64,000 bases of DNA from a bacterium (GCA_018698675.1 JABIPA010000063.1:20851-84850); one strand, 5' to 3'; numbered from the stretch's first letter, positions 7,771-19,100 are shown. Notes: a model not told the origin generated them from the letters alone. A program made the numbers and translations.

Positions 7771-10700
7771 ATGCCAGAAAAAACTGTTAAAGATTCTATT
7801 CAACTCATTCACAAAACATTCACTGATTTGTTAAATGATAAGTCAGAGACCGAGAAGTCCCATTCCATAATAGTTAGTTCATTAATTAAACCAAGCCAAA
7901 CAAAATATTATATCTTCGAATTAAAACCAAAAATTATACGACTCATCCAAAAAGACAATAAAGGTTTAAAGAGAGAATGGGAGTACGCGTTTAATTCCAC
8001 AGGAGATATTTTTCTAAATAATGTTAAAGTTTCCACTGAATTAAGCAATGAGTTTTCCGAGTTATTAGCCGACGTTTCTTTAGATATTAATAAAAATAAA
8101 GTTGAGGTTTTTAAGGCCGAATCCGTAAATTCAATTCCAAAAAATAGCACGGGCGTTATTTCTGCATTGTCTGGAAGAAGCGACAAATTCCTTCATATCA
8201 AACAGCTGTCAAAAGAAGAACTCAAGCAAATTTCTGGTGGAGTTGGCGGAATTGCTCCGGTTGGTTTAGGTGTTAGTCCTTCGTTAAGTCCATCTATGCC
8301 CGTCGCAAGGTCTACCCGAGCAGCATCCATGGATACAATGAGTATTCTGGAGCAAGTAATGGCAGACCTAGAACCTGATGCCCGACTCATTCCTACAACG
8401 AACGTCGAATTTTTGCCAGTTCTTTCTAGAAATATAGAAACATTAGTCAATTTTTTCAGACATACTCCAGATACACTTAGAGCCGATCATGATAATTGGA
8501 GCAGAGATATTCAGGTAGCAGCTGTTCCCCCAAGTCCAGCCCCAGAGGTCGCCGGTGGAATAGTCACTGGAGATGAAGAAGTTGGTTCAGACTTACCTCA
8601 TTTGGCTAGCACGACCGGGTTTAAGGAGTTAATCAGAAATTATCAGAAACAAAAGACAGACTTAAAAGCGATATTAGATGAAGCAACAAGTGGTGATGTG
8701 CATAGAGATGCAGGTGCTTTACAAGATAGGTTTGAGTCTGGCTTAAAAAAGCTAATTGATGCCGCTGAAACGATTCAGATAAAAATTGACATGTGGGTCG
8801 ATTTAAAAGGATTAGATAAAACGGATAGAAATTTTGAAAAGCTCAGAAATTTACAGTCTCATTTATCGTCAGATCTAAAACGATTATCCGTCGAATCGAA
8901 GAAATTAAGAAATGTCGTAACTGTTGAAAACCAAGTTATTTATGAACGGTTAGAAGACTTATCATTAATATCGGCGTCTAAGGTTACAAACTTTAATGAA
9001 GCCGTAGGAGCAGAAAGAGACGTTGTAGCGACTCCAGATGAACCTGTCACGGCAGATGCTCTTCCCAAGCCAAAACATGTTTTCGAAATGGAAGACACAT
9101 CTCGTCTTGAAACAGAGTTAAATCGATTTTTAGCAGGTGGAGTAGGCGCAAGAGAAACGCATGAGTTTAACCTTAGCAGTGCGGAATATAATCAAACGGA
9201 CGGGACGTTAACCGTCACATTCAATTCCGTGGGAGGTGATGCCCGACATAAGATTTTAGTCTTACCATTTAAAGCTATGAATCATTTTGAGTCTTTGGAA
9301 GAAGCTGAGTCTATTCTAAAAAAAGGGTCACTTGGCCCAAGTACCGAAGCTAGCGCATCTTTAGGATCTAATCGATTATTTTCTAAACTTATGTCTCAAG
9401 CGAAAGAAGAAATTGAGGCATTTCCTAGTTTTCGACACATGTCATCCGCAAAAAAGAAGCAATTATTATTGGGTAACTTTAATCGAAAATATAACACCTT
9501 GATAAAGTCCTTGAAGCCAATTGTTACCGAACAAATAAATAAAGAAGCCGGAGTAAAAGAAACACACGATTATGAAGTGATGGCAGCTGGAGGAAGAAAA
9601 GTAAATGTCGTAAGCCATAGTGGCGTAATGATTGGCTTTACTGTTAAACCTACTAGAAGACGGATGTTTTCAGGAGAGGACCTTTTAAAAAATCACACAT
9701 TTAGTCCAAGCAAAAGAGAAGATGGAACGTATCACATAACGGCTAAAAATGACGATTTATTAATTAAAGGCTTGAGATCTGACGGTAAAAAATCGATTCG
9801 AAAATTACAGGAACCAAGTCATATAGCTATTGATAACAAAAAAATGACGAGTTCTATGGTTCTTCGAACAGTCACCGAGATAAAAGATACAATTCCAAAA
9901 GAAATGTTCGACGAATGTCTTCCAAAAGAAACATCCATTTATAGCAAATTCAAAAACAAATTTTTTAAAAAAGCGACGCGTCATGCCGACTTCTATCCAA
10001 CAAAAACATGGACGAATATGATGAAAGACGACTTGAATCCAATGTCTCCAGCAAATAAGGGAATTGGAGGAAAAGTATTGTGGGGACTAAAGGCAGTCGC
10101 TTTTCCAATTACAATGATTGTAAATGGTATTGCCACTGGGATGGTTCATTCAAAACGAAACTGGTTTGGAATACGATCAACGACGAAAAAATTCAAGGAA
10201 AATTACAATACCATTTATACCCAATTAAAAGGTGAGGCGAATCGAAAGATGCCAGTTACTGTTGGAGAACGTGTTCGAGCGACTGCTCAAACAACGCACT
10301 CGACGGTTAGAACAATGGTTTTTTCCATCAAAGAAAGCTATTTCACGAGTATCAAGACAAAGTATAAGCGTGAACTTGAACGATTCGATAGTTCAGTTCA
10401 AGGTGCTGCCAATACATTGGGCATCGACCTTCCCGATACAGGGGATGATATAAGAGATCTTGAGGCCTTATTAGCGAAGAAGGATTATGCGAATTCTAAA
10501 GAAATGTATGACTCGATTAATACAAAACTATTAAAATCTCTCAAAAAACGAGAGGAAAAGTTAGGAGAGGTTATTCGACGTATGCAGAGTGAATTGCTTC
10601 CGATGGCGCAACGATTTGATAAAGATGCGTTTAAGGAAACCCTACAAGGAGCACGGCAATCGGTAAACGCGTTGACCCAACTTTATCTAACGTCTGCAAA

Positions 10701-13700
10701 TCAAGTTCAGTCAATTAAATCTGAGCTTATTAAGGGAACCGTAGATTTATTGAAAACGGATTTATTTGTTAAAAATTTAGATCTTAGTGGAGATATTGAT
10801 GACGATGTTTTGAACGCGAATTTACAGATTTTATTCCAAAAATTATCAGACTACGAGTCTACAAAAAGCGACTCTTCCGATATCGATCAAAAAGAGAAAT
10901 TGAAACAAATTTTAGATTATTTCAACACATCGGTTAAAGATAAATTAGAGGAACATGAATCGGAATTTGTGGAGCCATTTAAGCTAACATTAGCTGATAT
11001 TATGGAAACCTATCGAAGTGATAGAGAAGCCTTATCTGTAGAAACTGCGAATCCGTATCAACACATTCAAGAAAATGTTTTGTTTCAATTATCGCTATTA
11101 GATCAATATGAGTCGTTTACAGAAGGAATGACGGAACTTCCAAATTTAGTGATGAGAGAATTTGGTGCAATAGGAATGACTCCGCTACAAGTGCCTATTG
11201 ATCCAGATGAAATTAATCGGCGAATGGTCAATATTGGGAAGCAAATGTTTATATTGGCAAACGAGCCAATTTTAGACTCAGATAAATTTAGACAATTGGT
11301 TGCTCAGTTACGAGACCTTCAGGTCTTTATTCAAGTAAAGCTATTGGAAGTAGATAATTTAAAATTAGGGTCATCTGCTCAACGAGCGACGTTCGAAAGA
11401 ATTCGTCCAGAAATAGAACGATTAATGACGGACAATCAGACCAAGATAAAAGAGATGTTAAGCAAGTTTATGCTACTTCCAAAAATGATAGGGTCTGATA
11501 TTGACTTAGATGGCATCGATTCATTAGTAAGGCAAATCCAAGATTCGAGTTTTCATTTAGGAACAATGGAAGTGGGGGCTGAACATGGAGTGGATGACGG
11601 TATTCCTAGTCCTGTAGGCGATATTGTAGCAACACGTCCATCGGAAGGGCCTATTCGTGCGCCAAGTTTAGAAACAACGACAGCAGCAATATTAAGAGAA
11701 GATAGGCAGTTCTTTGGAGCTGTAAAAGACATGCAGTCTATGCTTGAAGAGGCAATGAAAACGACTGGATCAAAGACAAGAAAAAAATCACTGTCTAAAC
11801 TGTCTACTGCCTTTAGAATTGCCTTACTTTCTCAACGAAAAGATAAATTAGATGATTTTATGGCAATGTTGGCGAAAGAAGATTTAAAAACACATCATGG
11901 AGCGCTTAAACGGATGGATGGATTTTTGGAAAAAGCAACGCTGTTTAGCGCTCAATTTGTCGATAAATTTGGAACCGTGAAGTCAGAAAACTTACTAAAA
12001 ATCGAAAAACAATTAGCCGAGATGGGCTTAGAAAATTTCGAAGTCTATGACTACTTTTACAGTTCAATAAGTGGAACGATAGAAGTTGCAATCAATTCAT
12101 GGTCAACAGGATTTTTTGGGTCTAAAAAAGAGCCTCGTGTTTACAAACTAAAAATTCCTACACCAGCAATGGTGGAAGCTGGTGTTACGGAGTCAAATTT
12201 CGTACGACACATTGGTGCGTCGAAAAACGAAAAGTCAGCCATTAAAAAATTGGTTAAAGGGACGGGGTTATTAAATCCGTCTGTTTTTTCTAGGGGCTAT
12301 GAAGACTTAAAAACGTTTATTTCTGGAAGTGAGAAGACAAAAGTTGCATTGACGCTCAAAACAGAAGAAGAAATTGATGCGGAAAATGAAACAGCTTTAG
12401 CAAGAGGCGTGTCGTTAAGAGCAGATGCCTTGGTGGATGGCGAAAGGGACGATGAAAGTATTTCGTTGATTGGAGATATTTCCTTCGAAGATTTTATACG
12501 TGATATCCATCAATTTACGTTTTCAAATGCAATTGCTTGCGCGGAATTATTTAATAGTCCTCATCCGTTACCCGATGTTTTAACAGTATTCGATATGCCA
12601 TTTGAAGGGACATCTCTCGATGATTTTCCAAAGATTGTTGAAGATGGCGGTCAGAAATTTGAAATTACGGCAAACCAAGTGAATGATCAGGCGCCTATTC
12701 AGTTGGTTTTGAAAAAATTGGATAAATCGAATGGTGATACCGTTTTAGCAGAACAAAAAATCACATGTTATACAAAAGATACCGATGTATCTGATTTAGA
12801 AGATCACGTTGCAGAACAATTTATAAATATGATGACGAGCCGTAGTTACGAGTCTAATTTGAGCGCATCGTTTCATGGATATCTAGACACAAAAATTGCT
12901 TCAGATCATATAAAAAATGTTTTAGAAGAAGAATTGGTCGGAGGTGAATCTACGATTACTCTTACTCCATTTGAGCGAAAAGTCGCGAAAAAAATTAGAG
13001 AAATGCCAGAATTATTGAACAAATTAAGGCCTGAAGCGATTCAAAAGAAAGTGTCAGACGAAATAGAAAATTTAGTCGATCTTTTTGATGAGACAAGTAC
13101 AGTCGATCTAAAGTCAGTTTTGGATGGGTGTCCTCCTGAGATGGTTGATGGATTAAATGAGTTGATAGATGAAGATAGCACCACTTCGGTATTTGGCGAG
13201 TTAATAAATAACTCAGTAAATGAATTATCAACGAGTATAGGCATAAGTGAGTCATTCGACGATGCATTTGAACAATTCTCGAAGACAAAAAATCAATTGA
13301 AATTTGTTGCTGAAAAAATGATTCGAGAAAATTTGGGTACCGTTATAGATGATGATCCAGAATTTTTTTCGGAATCTTTAGAAAAAGTGTTGGCAGAAAT
13401 TGAAAATAAATTAAATACAATGTTTATTGGACACATAACAGAAAAGTTACTAAAAAAGGTCCCTGAGCTTGATTGTGATAGGGTTGTGGATCCTGATGCA
13501 TTGGACGTGAAAGTTAAATCACATATCGATTTTTTAAAAGATAGAACGGAGGCTGCTAAAAAGATAAATGCTCAATCCATGAAACTATTAGGGGAAAAAT
13601 CAATAAATGAAGAAGCCTTTAATTTATTTAGTGTACAGCACTTGGCAGAGCGATTAGGTGAAATAGATGGTGCTCATTCGGATATTGTATTAGACGATTT

Positions 13701-15582
13701 TTCTGAGGTAAAAGTAAAAACCTTTAAATTGAGTAGCTTGATACATCAGCGGGTACTCCAGGTTGCATCTGGCTTAGAAATGGCACTTTTTTCTGCTGTC
13801 AGAGGTGGTCGTGTTACGGTGGATTCTCGAATACCAATGAGTAGAATTTTAACGAATAAAATTTTACATGAGGAAACGTCTATTGATAAATTTAAAGAAA
13901 AGCTGGCGTCTCTAAAATCAAGCAAACCTTATTTGAGTGAATTACCTGATTCATATGAATTACTAGGAATGGCTTATTCAGATATTGATGAAGAATCGTT
14001 CGTCACGGATATTAGAATACTAACTGATTCTGGCGAAGAAAAATTAATTACTTTTGAACCAACCGAGCCCTATGACAAAAAAGCCTTTCGAACGTTAACA
14101 AAAATCCTCGCAAAAAAAGAAAAAAAGAAACCGTCCGTAATAGCATACGAGAAAAAATACCTAAAGCCGTCTATTGTCGAAAAATATCTACATATGGAGC
14201 CAGGCAGTTTACGAGGTCAAAAGATTGAACTTAAAGGTCCATCTTTTAGCAGGTCATATTATGGTTCGACGCAAATTGCTGGTATATCAATTCAGATTGA
14301 AGGAATGAGCAGTCCATCTATGATTGATTTTGACTCGTTATCAGAAGAAGATGTTTCTCTTAAAACTAATTTTGTTGATTTGTGGACAGCAGGAAAAAAA
14401 GCGATTGTTGAGGAAATTAAGGGCTTAAGTCAATGTAATATGAGAGACGATCTGTTTGGAGCAGATCCTGTTTCACAAGAAATTAAAGAGAGTTATTTAA
14501 CGATACATAATCGACGATTAAACTACGATATTGAACAAGCGTTAGACGGTATCTTTTCGGGAAAATTACAACAATCTATAGATGCCGTGAACAGAGGCCT
14601 TGAACATGATGTCCATGTATCTAGGACCGCTCCATCTCACGTTGTTGAAGTGGCCCAATCAGACAGAGACCGTTTAGATGAACTTGTTGAGCAAAAAACG
14701 AGAGAGTTTGAACTGTCTTATGAAAGAAATATTCAAGCATTTAAACGAGAAACAGATGCTAGAGCGCAGAAAATTTTGAACGAAATAACAGGCTATTCTG
14801 ATATAAAAATTGATCACGTCGTTTTAGATGAATCAGGACGAATTACAGATATATTAATAAGAAAACGAGATAGAGACGATGTAGAATCGTTTAGAAATAT
14901 AAACAGATTAAAGAGGTCTTTAAAACATACGTCTTTTAAAAATGATTTTCCTGGCTTTTTAGATGAAGTAAACCGACAGGTGAGTGAACAGTTTACGGCA
15001 TCAATAGCAACGTTTAGGAAAGAAGAATCTCTACAGGTTCAGGTGGCGCAGGTGTGTTCGGGCGTTAATTCATTAATTGCAAATTTGTCGCCGGACAAAT
15101 TTGATGTTTTCAATATGAAACCGGCAGTAAATGGATTGCCAACTGATTCTGAAAAACAAGCCGTTTTTGATAAATTAGAAGAATTTAAAGAAACCGTTTT
15201 TAGTCCAATTAACGAAATGTTAAGTCATTTACCGGGTGGATTAGAAGGTTCTATTCCGAAGGAGGATGTTGAATTCTTTTTTACGCATTTGGAATCAGGA
15301 AGCGCTTACGATGTTAAAAAATCTATCGAAAAAATGCCTATCGCGGTGCAGGTAATATTTAAACGATTAGCAGGGTTAAGGACTATGATTGGTGATAAAT
15401 TGAATCATTTGGAATCGGCATATGATTTAGATTATGAAGACATGCCAGATGGCACTGAATTTGAAGCAAGTAACTTTTTGTCAGGATTTGCAGCGAATGA
15501 AGGACCTGATTCTAAAAAAGATTCGATAATTTTAAAGTTTTTGTCTAAAAAATATGGGTCTTATTTTAATAGTAAGACTTAG
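7771..15582 (+). CDS. giant hypothetical protein, paralogue A (2603 aa), no recognisable domains
   Basis: Uninterrupted 7.8-kb ORF with an AAGAGGA SD 9 nt upstream of the ATG. Collinear with 15697-23680 along its whole length. Hydrophilic N-terminus with no signal peptide, and one conserved hydrophobic segment around aa 764-795. Confidence 0.88.
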   Translation: MPEKTVKDSIQLIHKTFTDLLNDKSETEKSHSIIVSSLIKPSQTKYYIFELKPKIIRLIQKDNKGLKREWEYAFNSTGDIFLNNVKVSTELSNEFSELLADVSLDINKNKVEVFKAESVNSIPKNSTGVISALSGRSDKFLHIKQLSKEELKQISGGVGGIAPVGLGVSPSLSPSMPVARSTRAASMDTMSILEQVMADLEPDARLIPTTNVEFLPVLSRNIETLVNFFRHTPDTLRADHDNWSRDIQVAAVPPSPAPEVAGGIVTGDEEVGSDLPHLASTTGFKELIRNYQKQKTDLKAILDEATSGDVHRDAGALQDRFESGLKKLIDAAETIQIKIDMWVDLKGLDKTDRNFEKLRNLQSHLSSDLKRLSVESKKLRNVVTVENQVIYERLEDLSLISASKVTNFNEAVGAERDVVATPDEPVTADALPKPKHVFEMEDTSRLETELNRFLAGGVGARETHEFNLSSAEYNQTDGTLTVTFNSVGGDARHKILVLPFKAMNHFESLEEAESILKKGSLGPSTEASASLGSNRLFSKLMSQAKEEIEAFPSFRHMSSAKKKQLLLGNFNRKYNTLIKSLKPIVTEQINKEAGVKETHDYEVMAAGGRKVNVVSHSGVMIGFTVKPTRRRMFSGEDLLKNHTFSPSKREDGTYHITAKNDDLLIKGLRSDGKKSIRKLQEPSHIAIDNKKMTSSMVLRTVTEIKDTIPKEMFDECLPKETSIYSKFKNKFFKKATRHADFYPTKTWTNMMKDDLNPMSPANKGIGGKVLWGLKAVAFPITMIVNGIATGMVHSKRNWFGIRSTTKKFKENYNTIYTQLKGEANRKMPVTVGERVRATAQTTHSTVRTMVFSIKESYFTSIKTKYKRELERFDSSVQGAANTLGIDLPDTGDDIRDLEALLAKKDYANSKEMYDSINTKLLKSLKKREEKLGEVIRRMQSELLPMAQRFDKDAFKETLQGARQSVNALTQLYLTSANQVQSIKSELIKGTVDLLKTDLFVKNLDLSGDIDDDVLNANLQILFQKLSDYESTKSDSSDIDQKEKLKQILDYFNTSVKDKLEEHESEFVEPFKLTLADIMETYRSDREALSVETANPYQHIQENVLFQLSLLDQYESFTEGMTELPNLVMREFGAIGMTPLQVPIDPDEINRRMVNIGKQMFILANEPILDSDKFRQLVAQLRDLQVFIQVKLLEVDNLKLGSSAQRATFERIRPEIERLMTDNQTKIKEMLSKFMLLPKMIGSDIDLDGIDSLVRQIQDSSFHLGTMEVGAEHGVDDGIPSPVGDIVATRPSEGPIRAPSLETTTAAILREDRQFFGAVKDMQSMLEEAMKTTGSKTRKKSLSKLSTAFRIALLSQRKDKLDDFMAMLAKEDLKTHHGALKRMDGFLEKATLFSAQFVDKFGTVKSENLLKIEKQLAEMGLENFEVYDYFYSSISGTIEVAINSWSTGFFGSKKEPRVYKLKIPTPAMVEAGVTESNFVRHIGASKNEKSAIKKLVKGTGLLNPSVFSRGYEDLKTFISGSEKTKVALTLKTEEEIDAENETALARGVSLRADALVDGERDDESISLIGDISFEDFIRDIHQFTFSNAIACAELFNSPHPLPDVLTVFDMPFEGTSLDDFPKIVEDGGQKFEITANQVNDQAPIQLVLKKLDKSNGDTVLAEQKITCYTKDTDVSDLEDHVAEQFINMMTSRSYESNLSASFHGYLDTKIASDHIKNVLEEELVGGESTITLTPFERKVAKKIREMPELLNKLRPEAIQKKVSDEIENLVDLFDETSTVDLKSVLDGCPPEMVDGLNELIDEDSTTSVFGELINNSVNELSTSIGISESFDDAFEQFSKTKNQLKFVAEKMIRENLGTVIDDDPEFFSESLEKVLAEIENKLNTMFIGHITEKLLKKVPELDCDRVVDPDALDVKVKSHIDFLKDRTEAAKKINAQSMKLLGEKSINEEAFNLFSVQHLAERLGEIDGAHSDIVLDDFSEVKVKTFKLSSLIHQRVLQVASGLEMALFSAVRGGRVTVDSRIPMSRILTNKILHEETSIDKFKEKLASLKSSKPYLSELPDSYELLGMAYSDIDEESFVTDIRILTDSGEEKLITFEPTEPYDKKAFRTLTKILAKKEKKKPSVIAYEKKYLKPSIVEKYLHMEPGSLRGQKIELKGPSFSRSYYGSTQIAGISIQIEGMSSPSMIDFDSLSEEDVSLKTNFVDLWTAGKKAIVEEIKGLSQCNMRDDLFGADPVSQEIKESYLTIHNRRLNYDIEQALDGIFSGKLQQSIDAVNRGLEHDVHVSRTAPSHVVEVAQSDRDRLDELVEQKTREFELSYERNIQAFKRETDARAQKILNEITGYSDIKIDHVVLDESGRITDILIRKRDRDDVESFRNINRLKRSLKHTSFKNDFPGFLDEVNRQVSEQFTASIATFRKEESLQVQVAQVCSGVNSLIANLSPDKFDVFNMKPAVNGLPTDSEKQAVFDKLEEFKETVFSPINEMLSHLPGGLEGSIPKEDVEFFFTHLESGSAYDVKKSIEKMPIAVQVIFKRLAGLRTMIGDKLNHLESAYDLDYEDMPDGTEFEASNFLSGFAANEGPDSKKDSIILKFLSKKYGSYFNSKT

Positions 15583-15696
15583 TACTAACTTATTTCTTAT
15601 CCAATAAGTTAAGAACCCTGAATTTTTGGGTATATAAATAGAAGACCACTATGATTATGTAGTTAGGTTAATGATTTAATACGTAGGAATGATTTT

Positions 15697-16185
15697 ATGG
15701 GGAAGGTAGATATTAAGCAGCTGATACTAGAGTTGCGAAAGAATTTTTCGGCAATAATTGAGTCTGATGATGATTCAGTTATTATTACCTCACTTCGTCA
15801 AAAAGATCAGCCATCCTATTATATTTTTGAACTTCAACCTAAACCTCTTTTAATTCGGTTAATGGAAAAAAAAATAGATATTTCAAAGAATGAATGGACG
15901 TATTCGTTTGGGGACAAAACCGATGTTTTCTTAAACGGACAAAAATGTTCGAATGCAATGTTCAAGGTTTTTACAGAGAGGATCAAAAAGGTGGCTTCGG
16001 ATATTTCAAAAGAATCGGTGGAAGTTTTTACTGCTAAAAAAGAGAAAAAAGAAAAGGTTTCGGACAATCCAAGAATGTTTTCTTCCACGTTTAATCAAAA
16101 TTATTCTAATGGGAAAAAAAGAGATTTTTCTAAAATTAAACAATTAACAGGAGAAGAAATGAAAAGTAAGGTGAGAAGTGTCTAA
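15697..16185 (+). CDS. hypothetical protein homologous to the N-terminal ~160 aa of paralogue A (detached N-domain of paralogue B)
   Basis: Aligns to residues 1 to ~200 of the 7771 protein (YYIFELQPK vs YYIFELKPK, NEWTYSF vs REWEYAF, SVEVFTAKK vs KVEVFKAES, IKQLTGEEMK vs IKQLSKEELK). Its stop overlaps the GTG start of the next ORF. Confidence 0.75.
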   Translation: MGKVDIKQLILELRKNFSAIIESDDDSVIITSLRQKDQPSYYIFELQPKPLLIRLMEKKIDISKNEWTYSFGDKTDVFLNGQKCSNAMFKVFTERIKKVASDISKESVEVFTAKKEKKEKVSDNPRMFSSTFNQNYSNGKKRDFSKIKQLTGEEMKSKVRSV

Positions 16186-19100
16186 TTCAGGTGGAATAGG
16201 TATAAGGCAATCCGTTACTCCTGGTAAACTTTCGGGTTCTTCCAAGTCAGCACCTGCGGGGAAGGTGTCTAATGGTGATGGGGACGTAGCTACCCAACTT
16301 GCTAAAGACTTAGATGGGTTAAAAATTTCAACTCCAGCTAACAGAGACTTTTTACCTGGATTGGAAAAAAACTTACAGGGATTGGTTGAATTTTTTGATC
16401 AAATTCCAGAAATGCTTAATGTTGATGTTCCAAGTTGGGAAGAGCCTCCAAGCATAAACATTACTCAGAAAAATTGCTCACCTGATGTTGTCGTTGTTTC
16501 TCCTAATCCTAAAGCAACAAATTTAAAAGCATCGTTCAAAGAATTACTTACAGATTATAAATCTGTTAAATCTGAGTTAAAAGAAATGCTTCAGGAATTA
16601 AAAAAGGGATCTGCAGATTCTGAAACTATCCAATCCGATTTTGAAGAAAAATTAGGAGAATTATTGGATTATGGAGAAGTAATTCAAGACAAAATAGATG
16701 CATGGCAAGAAAAAAATGAAGGAAAGGAAAAAACTTCCGTATTTAAAAAGATGAATGGGTTACAGGCAGGGCTAGCTTCTGATTTTGCCAGATTATCTAG
16801 GTATTCGAGTAAAATCGGGGATTCCGTTAAAACTAACAAAAGTCCTGTTTATGATAAATTAAAAAACTTTGCTGCCAATACGAGTAGTAAAGCTGCTGCT
16901 ACAAATAACGTTGTCTTAGCTCAGCCTAATGTAAATTCTTTACCAAACGATGTTCCAAAAGAGTCAGTTCTACCAGAAGCAAAAGATATTTTTAAGGTTC
17001 CTTATAAAGAAGAATTTGAAACTCAAATGAGTTATTTATTTGCAGACACTGCGGGTTCAAGAGAAACGAAAGAAATGCAAATAGACGGTTTGGAATATAA
17101 TAAAACGGATAACTCAGTTTGTATTCATATGGATTCAGTAGACGGGCTTAGAAGCAAGTCCGTTGAATTGCCGTTTGCAGATGGATACGAATTTAAGTCT
17201 ATGGAAGACGCTGAAAATATAATAGCGAAAGGTAGTTTAGATAGAGGAAAGAGTCCAAAAGAATTGTTGGGGTCGAAACGTTTATTTAATAAATTAAAAA
17301 ATCAAGCGAGTGCAGAGTTAGAAAAAATGCCAGGGTTTAAAAAAATGGATCCAGACTTAAAAAAGAGCCTTTTAACTCGAAAGTTTAATGAGAAATATCA
17401 AGCCTTAGTTAAGAATTTGAAACCGACTATTGTAGACCAACTAGAGCAAATTGATAAAACTGGAGAGGTAAACTTTGAACCAGTTGATAAGAATTTCAAG
17501 ATGACCTCAACGAAAGTTAAGACATCGTGGCTATCTTCGGGTCTTACTATTATTGCCGTCGGATCTGGTAAAAGCGGGATAAAGTTTAAAGTTACAACAA
17601 CTAAAAGAAAAGAATTTTCGTATAAGGATACGATAAAACAAAGAAGTTTTACCGCTGATAATCCTGTTTCAAAGGCCGATGATCCAACATCTGGAAGTAT
17701 GTCAGTTGTTGCAAAAGGAGGAAAACTTTTCTTTAAAGGAAAAGCAGGAGGTAAAGATAGGATAAAAGCCTTAATAGGATCAGATACAATAAACGTGACA
17801 TCAAAAAAAACAAAAAAGCAATTAAGTACGGTAACCGAGATAAAGTCGACGATTCCTAAAAAAATGTTTGAAAAGTGTTTGCCTCAACCCAAGTCAATGT
17901 TTTCTATAGCAACCCGTGTAGAAAATAAAGTTTTTAAAAAAGCGGAGAAATCTGTTGGTTTGACGAGGCCTAGTACGTTTGGGAACTTAATTAAAGAAGA
18001 TCTTTGGCCAACTTCTACTCAAAATAAAAGTATTCTTGGGAAATTAGGCGTAGTCGTTAAATTATTACCTAATCTTGCTTATACATTGCCTATAGGTCTT
18101 ATCGTGAATGCCGTTATAATGACTTCTGCTCATTCGAAAGGTGATTCTTTAAAACTTCAATCGACCATGAAATCGTTTAAAGGAAACTACGAGACCCTTA
18201 CAAAAAATCTGTTAGGAGAAGTAAGCAGAGGAACAAATACAAGAATAATGGAGATGCCAAAAGCTGTTGCTCAATCAACCACATCGGTAGGGAAAACGGT
18301 CAAATTTGCGATGGGGTCAGCATTTAAAAATATGATGAAAGATAAATTTAAAGAGCAAATGGAGCTTTTTGATAAGTCAATTCAAGAAACAACGAATGTA
18401 CTTGGAGTAGCAATTCCAGATAGTAAAGCAGAAATAGAAGAAATGGAAAGATTAATAGATAGTGGCGATTTTAAAAGTGCTGAAGATGTGTTCAAACTTA
18501 TCGATCAGAAACTTACATCTTCAATGAACAAACGAACCAAGGCCTTAGGATCCTTAATCGACCAGATGCAGGAAAAATTACTCCCTGCCGCTAAAGATGC
18601 CAGTAAATTAAAAAGTACATTGATCAATGCAAGAGCAACCGTAAATGAATTGACAGGACTGTATTTAAAATCCGCAAATTCGGTTCAATCAATTCGATCT
18701 GATTTGATTACGGGTACGGTAGAAATATTGAAAAATGACGATGCAATGTCGAAGTTAGGAAGTAAGGGAGCTGAAGGAAAGGTGAAGTCAAAAGTTAGCT
18801 CCTTTATGAAAAAAATGGAAGACTATGAGTCAAGGAAATCAGGAATGGATCCCGCGGAAAAGAAAGATGTTTTGAATTCTATAGTTTCAGAGTTTAAAGA
18901 TATAGAAGCTATTAGCGAAAATGGCGATAATTTTATGGATAAGAAAGAATTAGAAATAATTATGAATTCTTTGGAAGGCGTTATGAAACCTTTAGAAAGC
19001 ATAATGAAAACGTATCAATCTGATATCGAAGTATTTTCCAAAGAAGCGCCAAACCCATATCAAGGAATGGAAAGTAATATTGATTTTCAAATTTCTTTAC

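Noticed and set aside
15587-15610. Hairpin AACTTATT-N8-AATAAGTT directly after the stop of paralogue A, considered as a terminator
   Set aside because: The 8-bp stem has only one G-C pair and no immediately following T-run, so it is too weak to call. The two giant genes may be co-transcribed.
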